Positions 8,403 to 16,837 of a DNA stretch of 64,000 bases are shown piece by piece. A program made the translations under genes and the position numbers. Every line of letters begins with the position of its first letter. Position 1 is the first letter of the stretch. Location: positions 71,364-135,363 of the forward strand of contig CAWAJQ010000003.1 of the NCBI GenBank assembly GCA_963782395.1, written 5' to 3'. The stretch is from an uncultured Alphaproteobacteria bacterium (lineage in GTDB: Bacteria; Pseudomonadota; Alphaproteobacteria; Rhizobiales; Kaistiaceae). The notes under the pieces are model-generated. The model was not told the origin of the DNA. It saw nothing but the letters and a program-made list of their open reading frames with translations, and did not search any database.

Positions 8403-8819
8403 TCAGGATTTGCGACGGCGCTGCTGTCCCAGGCCCATCTTCTTGGCGAGCGCCGAGCGGGCCGCGGCGTAGTTCGGGGCAACCATCGGATAGTCGGCGG
8501 CCAGGCCCCACTTCTCGCGGTACTCCTCCGGCGACAGGTCGTAATGAGTGCGCAGGTGGCGCTTCAACGACTTGAACTTCTTGCCGTCCTCAAGACAGAC
8601 GATGTAGTCCGGGAACACCGACTTCTTGGGGTTCACCGCCGGCTTGAGGGGCTCGGGCTCGGGCTGCTGCACCCCCATCTGGGTATTGTTCAGCGCGCGG
8701 TGGACATCCGCAATCAGCGCCGGAAGGTCGGCGGTAGGCACCGTGTTGTTGCTCACATAAGCAGAGACGATGTCGGCGGCGAGGTCGATGAGGTCGGCAT
8801 TACCATTCTGGTCGTTCAT
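8403..8819 (-). CDS. mucR: MucR/Ros-family zinc-finger transcriptional regulator
   Basis: Start [25 protein letters not shown]. Zinc-finger region [46 protein letters not shown]. Confidence 0.9.
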   Translation of the reverse strand: MNDQNGNADLIDLAADIVSAYVSNNTVPTADLPALIADVHRALNNTQMGVQQPEPEPLKPAVNPKKSVFPDYIVCLEDGKKFKSLKRHLRTHYDLSPEEYREKWGLAADYPMVAPNYAAARSALAKKMGLGQQRRRKS

Positions 8820-9150
8820 TTGCTTCACCTGATTCCTTGTTTTCTTGTGCCCCAAGTGCGCAACTCGTTCTGCATTTGACAGGACGTTGCCCTCACGTTG
8901 CGCTACGCCGGCAATCGATTGCCCTATACTTGCGGCCCTCTATAGGCGCGCTTTTGAGCGAAGACAAGAGGTTTACGCCGCTTATTGGCAGGTATTAAGA
9001 ACAACTGGTCGCGTCAAACAGCCACGATAGTTCGAAAAAACTCTATGCCTGCACTCGGCCTAACCTGTTCAAGTAAAAGGGGCAAATTGTCGCAAGCCTG
9101 ATTCTCACCGCCATAGGCGATTGTGGCAAACAATACACGTATGGGATGTA

Positions 9151-10827
9151 TCAAAGTACATAGTAGAGAAAGAGATATGCGCCGAGCAGCAGGGTGGCCC
9201 AAAACGCCATGCTGCCCGTTGGCCAGGCCCGGGCCAGCACGCCGGCCGGCCCGTGGTGGCGATAGACGGTGGCCAGAAAGCGCGAGACGGCGCGTTCGGC
9301 CCGCCCCATGAACCGCCGCCGCGCCTCCCCTCCCACGCGATAGCAGGCATCGGCCAGCCGCGGGCCGAGGCGACGCCAGAACCAGTCCCAGTCGAGGGTG
9401 ATGACCGGCTTGCGCTTGAGCAGCGGCAGAACCACGACGAAGGCCAGTCCGCCGAACATCAGCAGTTGGAGCATCGTCGTGATGTGGCCGACGGTGTAGG
9501 GCCGGTAATCGACCGGGAACGGCAGCAGGCTGTAGAGCGTGCCCGGGAATATGCCGATGCCGAGGCAGAGCGCCGCGAACAGCACCATCGCCGCCCGCAT
9601 GGGCAGCGGCGGATCCTTCGGGCGCAATCCCGAATCCTTGTCGAAGAAGATGTACCAGGGCCATTTGAGGCCGATGTCGATGAACACGCCGACTGCAGCG
9701 GCCGTCACCAGCAGCCAGACGACCGGCATATGCGCTTCGGCGGCGCCTTCGGCGATCATCGCCTTCGATATGAACCCCGAGGTGAGCGGTACAGCGGAGA
9801 TCGACAATCCGCCGATGATGCCGGTGATCATGGTGAGGGGCATGTATCGGTAGAGACCGCCGAGCTCGGAGCTTTTCGTCCTGCCGGTCATGGTCATCAC
9901 CGAGCCGGCCGCCATGAGCAGCAGCGCCTTGTAGATGATATGGGTAAAGGCGTGGGCGGCGGCGCCGTTCAATGCCATGGGCGTGCCGACGCCGATGGCG
10001 GTCACCATGAAGCCGACCTGGTTGACCAGCGAATAGGACAGGATGCGGCGGATGTCGTTTTCCAGGATGCCGTAGATGATGCCGTAGAACACCATCCACA
10101 GCCCGACGAAGATCAGGACCTCGGCGCCGGGGAAGCCGCGCAGCAGCACGTAGACCGCGGTCTTGGTGGTGAAGGCGGAGAGGAAGACGGTGCCGCTGTA
10201 GGAGCTCGCCGGATAGGACTCCGGCAGCCAGGCGGAGACCGGCGGGGCGGCGGCATTGACCAGGAACCCGGCGATGATGAGCCAATTGGCCAAGCTGTCG
10301 GTGTGCATGGCGGCGAAGACCGTCGAGCCGGTCTCGGCAATATGGCCGGCAATGCCGGCCATCAGCAGCACGCCGCCGAGCAGATGCACCGCGGCGTAGC
10401 GGAGCCCTGCGGCCCGCGCGCCCTTGCCGCCCGACCAGACGACGATGGTCGAGCCGATCGCCATCATCTCCCAGAAAATGAAGACGGTGATCAGGTCGCC
10501 GGCAAAGGTCACGCCGATCGCCGAACCGGCATAACAGAAGGCCGCCACCAGCTCGGTGACGTTCTCCCGGTTGAGGGCATAGAGCGCGCCGCCGAAGGCC
10601 ATGATCGAGAAGACGATGCCGAAGAGGCGGCTCAGGCGGCCGCCCTCGACGAGGATCAGGTCATGGCCGAGAAACGGCAGGGTCAGGCCCTGCCCGTCCG
10701 GCACGAACCAGACCAGGACCAGCACGAGCGCCGGCGCGGCAAGCATGACGGCCTTGCGGGCGGTGAGCGGCAGCACCGGCAACAACATGCCGGCGATGAT
10801 GAGGACGACGCCAGGGGGCAGCATCAT
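9151..10827 (-). CDS. Mrp/NuoL-M-N-type antiporter subunit (MrpD-like, third copy)
   Basis: 558 aa, polytopic, with motifs such as WLPESYPASSYSGTVFLSAFTTKTAVY. Last gene of the operon. Confidence 0.8.
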   Translation of the reverse strand: MMLPPGVVLIIAGMLLPVLPLTARKAVMLAAPALVLVLVWFVPDGQGLTLPFLGHDLILVEGGRLSRLFGIVFSIMAFGGALYALNRENVTELVAAFCYAGSAIGVTFAGDLITVFIFWEMMAIGSTIVVWSGGKGARAAGLRYAAVHLLGGVLLMAGIAGHIAETGSTVFAAMHTDSLANWLIIAGFLVNAAAPPVSAWLPESYPASSYSGTVFLSAFTTKTAVYVLLRGFPGAEVLIFVGLWMVFYGIIYGILENDIRRILSYSLVNQVGFMVTAIGVGTPMALNGAAAHAFTHIIYKALLLMAAGSVMTMTGRTKSSELGGLYRYMPLTMITGIIGGLSISAVPLTSGFISKAMIAEGAAEAHMPVVWLLVTAAAVGVFIDIGLKWPWYIFFDKDSGLRPKDPPLPMRAAMVLFAALCLGIGIFPGTLYSLLPFPVDYRPYTVGHITTMLQLLMFGGLAFVVVLPLLKRKPVITLDWDWFWRRLGPRLADACYRVGGEARRRFMGRAERAVSRFLATVYRHHGPAGVLARAWPTGSMAFWATLLLGAYLFLYYVL

Positions 10828-11108
10828 TCGTCCGCCTCCGGCTTGTCGCCGCCGTAATAGGTGTCGGGCCGGCTCAGCGGCACGCCAAGCCCCTTGGCGA
10901 TGCCGATGATGATGAAGCCGCTCACCAATCCGATGACGGCATAGGCGCCGACGATGCCGTCGATGCCGAAATGGCTGACATGCCCATGCACCGCGTCGAT
11001 AACGAGAGCGAGCGCCATCACGGCGAGCGCGGCAGCGGCGAGCGCACGCACCACCCCTGGCCGCACCAGCGGCCCGCTCTTCTTCCTGGGATCAGCCTTC
11101 CTTGCCAT
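10824..11108 (-). CDS. Small membrane protein within the Mrp-like operon
   Basis: 94 aa with two predicted TM segments. It abuts the upstream gene's stop and overlaps the next gene's start by 4 nt. Confidence 0.55.
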   Translation of the reverse strand: MARKADPRKKSGPLVRPGVVRALAAAALAVMALALVIDAVHGHVSHFGIDGIVGAYAVIGLVSGFIIIGIAKGLGVPLSRPDTYYGGDKPEADE

Positions 11109-12566
11109 CTAGCCGCCAAGCGTCATCTGGGCGAGCCGCCACGGCACGCCGGGAAACAGAAACAGGAGGATCGTCAGCGCTGCCGTCACCGTGAGCGCGA
11201 CGACCATCGGCCACGGCGCCTCCTTGACCGCCCCCTTGCCTTTGCCGTCGCGGCGCCGGAACGCACGATAGACCACCGGCAGGAAATAGCCGGCATTCAA
11301 CAACGTCGAGACCACGATGACGCCCACCGCGAACCACTGGGCGTTGCCGGCGGCGCCGATCAGCATGAACCATTTGCCGAGGAAGCCGGCGGTCAGCGGC
11401 ATGCCGATCATCGATAGCGCTCCGACCGCGAAGGCCCCCATCGTCCACGGCATACGGTAGCCGATGCCGTCCATCTCACTGACATGATCGATATGGGCGG
11501 CGGTGTGCAGCGAGCCCGCCGCAAAGAACAGGGTGATCTTGGAGACGGCGTGGGTGGCGATGTGGAGGATGGCGCCGACGAGCGCCAGCGGATTGAGGAG
11601 CGAAGCGCCGAGGATGACGTAGGAGAGCTGACTGATGGTCGAATAGGCAAGCCTTCGCTTGAGATGGTCCTGGCGCAGCGCGATCAGCGAAGCGACGATC
11701 ACCGTAAAGCCGGCGACATAGGTGAGCCAGGCCCCTGCCCCGCTCTGTCTCAGCGTGTTGACGCCAAAGACGAAGACGACGACCTTCACGATCAGAAACA
11801 CGCCGGCCTTGACCACCGCCACGGCATGGAGAAGCGCGGAGACCGGCGTCGGCGCAACCATGGCGGCGGGCAGCCAGAAATGCACCGGCATGACGGCGGC
11901 CTTGGCGATGCCGAAGATGAAGAGCGCGAGCAGCAGCCCCATGGCGGCCGGCGCCATCTTGCCGGCGAGGATGCCGCCGACGTGGAAATCGAGCGTGCCA
12001 GCGGCAATGCCGGTCCAGGCGATCGCCGGCAGCAGCAACAGGGTCGAGGTGCCAAGCAGCATCAGCAGATAGAGGCGTCCGGCGGCCTTGGCCTCCTCGT
12101 CGCCGCGATGGGTGACCAGCGGATAGGTGACCAGCGTCAGCATTTCGTAGAAGAGGAAGGCGGTAAACAGGTTGGCGGAAAGCGCCAGGCCCGTGGTGGC
12201 GGCGATGGCGAGCGCGAAACAGATGTAGAAGATCGTCTGCCGCGGTTCGCCGTTCGCCCGCATATAGCCGATCGAGTACAGCGAATTGACGATCCACAGG
12301 CCCGAGGCAACGGTCGCGAAGAGCGCACCCAGCGGCTCGACATCGAAGGCGATCGTGAGGCCGGGCAACACCTCGATCAGGTGCAGCGCCGGTTGCGCGC
12401 CGGAAAGCACCTGGGTGGTGAGCGCCAGCACGGCCGCGAACAGGATCAGGGCGCCCAGCATCGTGGCGCCTTCGCGCGCGTTCGGACGCTTGTAGAACAG
12501 GGCGATCAGGACCGCGGTCGCCACCGGCACGATCAACGCCAGGGCAATCAGCTCGGCGCCGCTCAT
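11109..12566 (-). CDS. MrpD-like antiporter subunit (second copy)
   Basis: True start MSGAELIALALIV at 12566, in an ATGA overlap with the upstream gene. Contains HFWLPAAMVAPTPVSALLHAVAVVKAG. The 940-aa track ORF is a read-through artefact. Confidence 0.8.
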   Translation of the reverse strand: MSGAELIALALIVPVATAVLIALFYKRPNAREGATMLGALILFAAVLALTTQVLSGAQPALHLIEVLPGLTIAFDVEPLGALFATVASGLWIVNSLYSIGYMRANGEPRQTIFYICFALAIAATTGLALSANLFTAFLFYEMLTLVTYPLVTHRGDEEAKAAGRLYLLMLLGTSTLLLLPAIAWTGIAAGTLDFHVGGILAGKMAPAAMGLLLALFIFGIAKAAVMPVHFWLPAAMVAPTPVSALLHAVAVVKAGVFLIVKVVVFVFGVNTLRQSGAGAWLTYVAGFTVIVASLIALRQDHLKRRLAYSTISQLSYVILGASLLNPLALVGAILHIATHAVSKITLFFAAGSLHTAAHIDHVSEMDGIGYRMPWTMGAFAVGALSMIGMPLTAGFLGKWFMLIGAAGNAQWFAVGVIVVSTLLNAGYFLPVVYRAFRRRDGKGKGAVKEAPWPMVVALTVTAALTILLFLFPGVPWRLAQMTLGG

Positions 12567-14044
12567 GACGCGCCCCCGAGAAGCAGCGCCGCGGCCTTGC
12601 CGGCAATGCCGGCGGTCAGGCTGGTGTCGAGGCCGAAATAGATGGCGGCACCGGCGAGCAGCCAGATCGGCACCAGCATGGTGAGCGGCGCTTCGCTCGC
12701 CCCGGCCGCGGCCTCCGACGGCGCGCGGAACCAGGCCGCCTCGATCACCCGGCCGACATAGACGACAGTCAGAAGCGAGCTGGCGACGACGAGGAAGCTC
12801 AGCCACCACCAGCCCTGCTCGAAAGCGGCGACGACCAGATACCATTTGGAGACGAAGCCGACCGTGCCCGGCACGCCGATCAGGCTCAGGCCGGCGATGA
12901 CGAGCGCGGCGAGCGTCAGCGGCATCTTGCGGCCGATGCCGGCGAGATCGTCGATGGCGCAGCTCTTGGTGCGCAGTACCACGGCGCCGAGCGTCATGAA
13001 CAGCCCGCCCTTGATGAGCCCGTGATTGACGATGTGCACGATGCCGCCGGTGAGGCCCAGCTGAGTGGCGATGGCGATGCCGAGCGTGATGTAGCCGATC
13101 TGCGCAACGGAAGAATAGGCGAACATACGCTTCACGTCGGACTGGAAGACGGCCACCGTTCCGGCGCCGAAGATGGCTGCGATCGACAGCACCATGAGGA
13201 TCGGGGTGAGCGGCATTTCGGCGAAGACGAAATGGGCGCCGAAGACGGAGAACAGGTAGCGGATGAAGAGGTAGATCGCGACCTTGGTGGCGGTCGCGGC
13301 GAGAAAGACCGTCGCCGTCGACGGCGCGTAGGCATAGGCGTTGGGCAGCCAGACGTGGAGCGGGAAGAGCGCCAGCTTCAGGCTGATGCCAACGGTGATG
13401 AAGGCGAGCGCGGTGAGCACCACGCGGGAGGATTCGACATCGACGATGCGCTCGGCCATGAGGCCGAGGTTGAGCGTGCCGGTGGCGAGATAGAGGAAGC
13501 CGACGCCGATGATGTAGAAGGTGGCGCCGATGGTGCCGAGGATCAGGTACTGGTAGGCCGCGACCAGCGCCCGGCGGTCGCGCCCGAGCGCGATCAGCGT
13601 GTAGCTCGACAGCGACGAGATCTCGAGGAAGACGAAGGCGTTGAAGGCGTCGCCGGTGATGGTGATGCCGAGCAGGCCGGTCAGCGACAACAGATACATG
13701 GTGTAGAACCAGGCGACCCGGCCCGGTTCGATCTCCGAGGCGACGCTGCGCCAGGCGAACGGCGCGATCACCGCCGCGATGCCGGCCACCAGCACCAGGA
13801 TCAGCGCATTGAAGATGTCGATGCGGTATTCGATGCCGAGCGACGGGTCCCAGCCGCCCATGTGGTAGGAGATCACCCCGGTGGTCAGCACCTGATGCAG
13901 GAGCGCAATCGAGATGGCGAAGGCGGTCCACGACGCCACCGCGGCGATCACCCAGGCCGGCGTCGGCCTGCGGGAGAGCGCGGCAATCAGCGCCGCCAGC
14001 AGCGGCACCAAGACCTGCAACGCTGGCAGATTGTCGTGGATCAA
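12563..14044 (-). CDS. MrpD-like antiporter subunit (first copy)
   Basis: 493 aa. HVWLPNAYAYAPSTATVFLAATATKVAIY. Confidence 0.8.
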   Translation of the reverse strand: MIHDNLPALQVLVPLLAALIAALSRRPTPAWVIAAVASWTAFAISIALLHQVLTTGVISYHMGGWDPSLGIEYRIDIFNALILVLVAGIAAVIAPFAWRSVASEIEPGRVAWFYTMYLLSLTGLLGITITGDAFNAFVFLEISSLSSYTLIALGRDRRALVAAYQYLILGTIGATFYIIGVGFLYLATGTLNLGLMAERIVDVESSRVVLTALAFITVGISLKLALFPLHVWLPNAYAYAPSTATVFLAATATKVAIYLFIRYLFSVFGAHFVFAEMPLTPILMVLSIAAIFGAGTVAVFQSDVKRMFAYSSVAQIGYITLGIAIATQLGLTGGIVHIVNHGLIKGGLFMTLGAVVLRTKSCAIDDLAGIGRKMPLTLAALVIAGLSLIGVPGTVGFVSKWYLVVAAFEQGWWWLSFLVVASSLLTVVYVGRVIEAAWFRAPSEAAAGASEAPLTMLVPIWLLAGAAIYFGLDTSLTAGIAGKAAALLLGGAS

Positions 14045-14409
14045 CGCTTCTGATCCCGCTCGAAGATCTCGTCTTCTTCGATGGTGCCGTAGGCCTCGTT
14101 GATGCGCACGACCAGCGCCAGTCCCAGCGCCAGCGTGGCGACGCCGACGATGATGGCGGTGAGGATGAGCACGTGGGGAAGCGGATTCGAATAGACGGCG
14201 AAATGCTTGTCGATGATCGGAGCGGTGCCGCCGATGATCTTACCGGGCGAGATGTAGAGCAGGTACACCGAGGTCTGGAACAACGACAGGCCGACCAGCT
14301 TCTTCACCATGTTGCCGCGGGCAATCACGATGTAGAGGCCGGCCACCATGAGGAAGACGGTGATCCACTGGTTGTAGTGGGCGCCGATCTGGGAGAGGAG
14401 CGCGTTCAT
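14041..14409 (-). CDS. Na+/H+ antiporter subunit C (MrpC/MnhC, NuoK-like)
   Basis: Start MNALLSQIGAHYNQWITVFLMVAGLYIV at 14409, in an ATGA overlap with the upstream gene. Confidence 0.8.
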   Translation of the reverse strand: MNALLSQIGAHYNQWITVFLMVAGLYIVIARGNMVKKLVGLSLFQTSVYLLYISPGKIIGGTAPIIDKHFAVYSNPLPHVLILTAIIVGVATLALGLALVVRINEAYGTIEEDEIFERDQKR

Positions 14410-14825
14410 CCGCGCCCCCTGCCGGCGAAGGCATAGAAGATGGCAAGCATGGTCGAAGAGACCGTGATGAAGACCCCCACCTCGACCAGGAACACGCCCC
14501 ATTCCTGTCCGTGGGTGTGTTCGTGGGCGAGGTGGTTGTAGTCGAGGAAGTTGCCGCCGTTCAGCATCGAATAGACACCGACGCCGGCATAGATGAGGAC
14601 GCCGAGCGGGATCAGCGTCTCGACGATGGCGACCGGCACCAGCCGCATCGCCGCACCGAGCCCGTAGATCAGCGCATAGAGGATGATGCTGGCGGCGGCG
14701 ATGACGCCCGCCTGGAAGCCGCCGCCCGGACCGTAGTCGCCGTGAAACTGCACATAGGCCGCGAAAAGCAGCATGAACGGCAGGATGACCTTGGTGGTGA
14801 CGCGGAGGATGACGTCGAGGCGCAT
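14406..14825 (-). CDS. Na+/H+ antiporter subunit B (MrpB/MnhB)
   Basis: 139 aa. KVILPFMLLFAAYVQFHGDYGPGGGFQAGVIAA is the MnhB signature. Confidence 0.8.
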   Translation of the reverse strand: MRLDVILRVTTKVILPFMLLFAAYVQFHGDYGPGGGFQAGVIAAASIILYALIYGLGAAMRLVPVAIVETLIPLGVLIYAGVGVYSMLNGGNFLDYNHLAHEHTHGQEWGVFLVEVGVFITVSSTMLAIFYAFAGRGRG

Positions 14826-14836
14826 GACCCGTCGCC

Positions 14837-15382
14837 CTACTTCTTGTCGCCGCTTGCGAGGCGGCTGGCGGTTCGCTTGAGGAGCAGGAACACGGCGATG
14901 CCGGCGGTGAAGATCACCGTGGTCTCGCCGAGCGTGTCATAGCCGCGGTAGCTGGCGAGCACCGAGGTGACGACATTGGGGATGCCGGTCTCGCTCAGCG
15001 AACGGGCCAGGTAGTCCGGTCCCGCCACCTGGATGGTCGAGTCGGCAACGCCGAAGGACGGCAGCGCGGTCACGCCCCAGATCAGCGCGGCGGCGGTCAC
15101 CGCCGCCACGAACAGGGGCAACACCACCGAATGCAGCGGCCGCGCCTCCTCCGTCTTGGTGAGATAGAGAGTGCTCAGCATCAGCACGGTGGAGATGCCG
15201 GCGCCGACCGAAGCTTCGGTCATGGCGACGTCGACAGCGTCGAGCTCGATCAGGACGCTGGCCATCAGGAAGCTGTAGATGCCGGAGAGCACCGCGACGG
15301 CGAACAGGTTGCGCAGGCGCACGATGCCGATGCTTGTGACGGCTAGCAGGGTCAGCAGGACCGCGGGGATCAGGGTTTCGAT
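14837..15382 (-). CDS. DUF4040 / MnhB-N-terminal-like membrane subunit; start codon uncertain
   Basis: The conserved sequence begins IETLIPAVLLTLLAVTSIGIVRLRNLFAVAVLSGIYSFLMA. There is no in-frame ATG, GTG or TTG near the expected start. The only candidates are ATC (15382), CTG (15373) and ATC (15370). Confidence 0.6.
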   Translation of the reverse strand: METLIPAVLLTLLAVTSIGIVRLRNLFAVAVLSGIYSFLMASVLIELDAVDVAMTEASVGAGISTVLMLSTLYLTKTEEARPLHSVVLPLFVAAVTAAALIWGVTALPSFGVADSTIQVAGPDYLARSLSETGIPNVVTSVLASYRGYDTLGETTVIFTAGIAVFLLLKRTASRLASGDKK

Positions 15383-15729
15383 GGCGCGGCGTCCTTCGGC
15401 TTGGCCTCCGGCTCGGCATCGTCGGCCAGAAACGGCTTGACACCGGCGTGCAGGGCGGCGCGGGCGATGGCGTGGGTCGAGACCGGGCTCATCAACCCGA
15501 AGAAGAGAATGAGAAAGGCCAGCTTGACGGCAATCAGCGAGAAGCCGGCAATGACGATCAGGCCGATCAGGATCAGCCCGCCGCCGAGCGTATCGGAGAC
15601 CGAGGAGCCGTGCATCCGGGTGAACACGTCCGGCAGGCGGATGAGGCCGACGGCTCCGACGATCATGAAGAGGCTGCCGACGAGCACGAGGCCGCCGCCC
15701 AGCCATTGGCGGAGAAGCTCAAGCGTCAT
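15370..15729 (-). CDS. Monovalent cation/H+ antiporter subunit G (MrpG/MnhG)
   Basis: 119 aa. LIRLPDVFTRMHGSSVSDTLG is the MnhG motif. Confidence 0.8.
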   Translation of the reverse strand: MTLELLRQWLGGGLVLVGSLFMIVGAVGLIRLPDVFTRMHGSSVSDTLGGGLILIGLIVIAGFSLIAVKLAFLILFFGLMSPVSTHAIARAALHAGVKPFLADDAEPEAKPKDAAPSKP

Positions 15730-16001
15730 GACTCTTCCTCGCCGGCATCGCCGAGCGCGCCGAAGCGCAGGAACTTCAGCACGGCGAAGGTGCCGATGAT
15801 GTTGAGCATCGCATAGGTGAGGCCGATATCGAGGAACTCCGCCCGCTCGGTGAGAAAGCCGTAGATCGCCAGAATGAGAATGGCGGCGTTGCCGATCGAA
15901 TTGGCGGCGACCAGCCGGTCGAACACGGTCGGGCCCATGAGCGCGCGCACCACCATCAGGGCCGCCGCGACAAGCACCGCAATCATGGCTGCCGCCAGCA
16001 T
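15726..16001 (-). CDS. Cation:proton antiporter subunit F (MrpF/MnhF)
   Basis: 91 aa. GPTVFDRLVAANSIGNAAILILA. Confidence 0.75.
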   Translation of the reverse strand: MLAAAMIAVLVAAALMVVRALMGPTVFDRLVAANSIGNAAILILAIYGFLTERAEFLDIGLTYAMLNIIGTFAVLKFLRFGALGDAGEEES

Positions 16002-16483
16002 CAGCGCCTGCCCTCCATGACCGTGACGCGGCGATCCATCTCGCCCTCGGCGAGGCCGTCGGCGCCCGCCTTGGTCAGCGCGTGGACCAGCAGTTCGTTG
16101 TCGTGGCGGTTCACCTCGACGGTGATCGTGCCCGGCGTCAGCGTGATCGAGTTGGCATAGATGGTCGTACCGACCGCCGTCTTTTGTGAGGTCTTCACCC
16201 GGATCAGCCGCGGTGAGATCGGCAGGGCCGGATTGACCACGATGATGGCCACATCGAACGCGGCCTTCGCCGCCTCCTTGACCAGCCAGGGCCAGTAGAG
16301 AAGGCCGCGCGGCACCAGTTCGATGGGGATGCCCTCCTCATCGGCATAGCCGAGCACCACGCCGAGCCAGGCGATCAGCAACGCGCAGACGGCACCGGAA
16401 ATGACCAGGAAGGGCGTGAAATGGCCGGAAAGCAGCAGCCAGAACACAAAGAGCACCGCTGCAAGGCTGAAAACGCGGATCAC
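16001..16483 (-). CDS. Na+/H+ antiporter subunit E (MrpE/MnhE)
   Basis: 160 aa. ...IYANSITLTPGTITVEV... is the MnhE signature. First gene of the operon. Confidence 0.8.
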   Translation of the reverse strand: MIRVFSLAAVLFVFWLLLSGHFTPFLVISGAVCALLIAWLGVVLGYADEEGIPIELVPRGLLYWPWLVKEAAKAAFDVAIIVVNPALPISPRLIRVKTSQKTAVGTTIYANSITLTPGTITVEVNRHDNELLVHALTKAGADGLAEGEMDRRVTVMEGRR

Positions 16484-16837
16484 GACCCTTTGTCACCCCT
16501 CAGGCGCGGATTCGCCGGGCGCCCCATTGTCCCGATCCCACGCCGCCGATCAATCCCGCCAGGCGGCCATTCCTGCCTGTCGCCTGCCCCGGCTGCGAAT
16601 TGCCATTGAGATAGGCCGCCGAATGCCCCATTTTTAGGGTCACACGGGCGGCAAAATCGCCGACCGGCCCTTCAATTGCCCCAGCTTTTCGCGGAACGCA
16701 GCGCGGAAGATCCGCCGTGCGGACACGTCAAGATTGGCGGCCCCCCGCCCTTAGCAGGGGTGGGCGCGCACTGAACATGGACTACGATGACGCATCCCGG
16801 ACCTGACAGCGAGGCGACCGGCGCCGGTGTCGGCCGC

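Noticed and set aside
9121-10857. Long antisense ORF (578 aa, +) opposite the MrpD-like gene. Similar long ORFs occur at 16925-18967 (-), 24637-26046 (-), 27320-28873 (+), 47764-49959 (-), 54837-56762 (+), 59446-60987 (-) and elsewhere.
   Set aside because: These are shadow ORFs typical of high-GC DNA. Their translations are Arg/Gly/Asp/His-rich and low in complexity. Each lies opposite a gene with clear family motifs.
11109-13931. 940-aa ORF on the minus strand.
   Set aside because: Only the C-terminal 485 aa (from MSGAELIAL at 12566) look like a membrane protein. The N-terminal part is an out-of-frame reading through the upstream MrpD-like gene.
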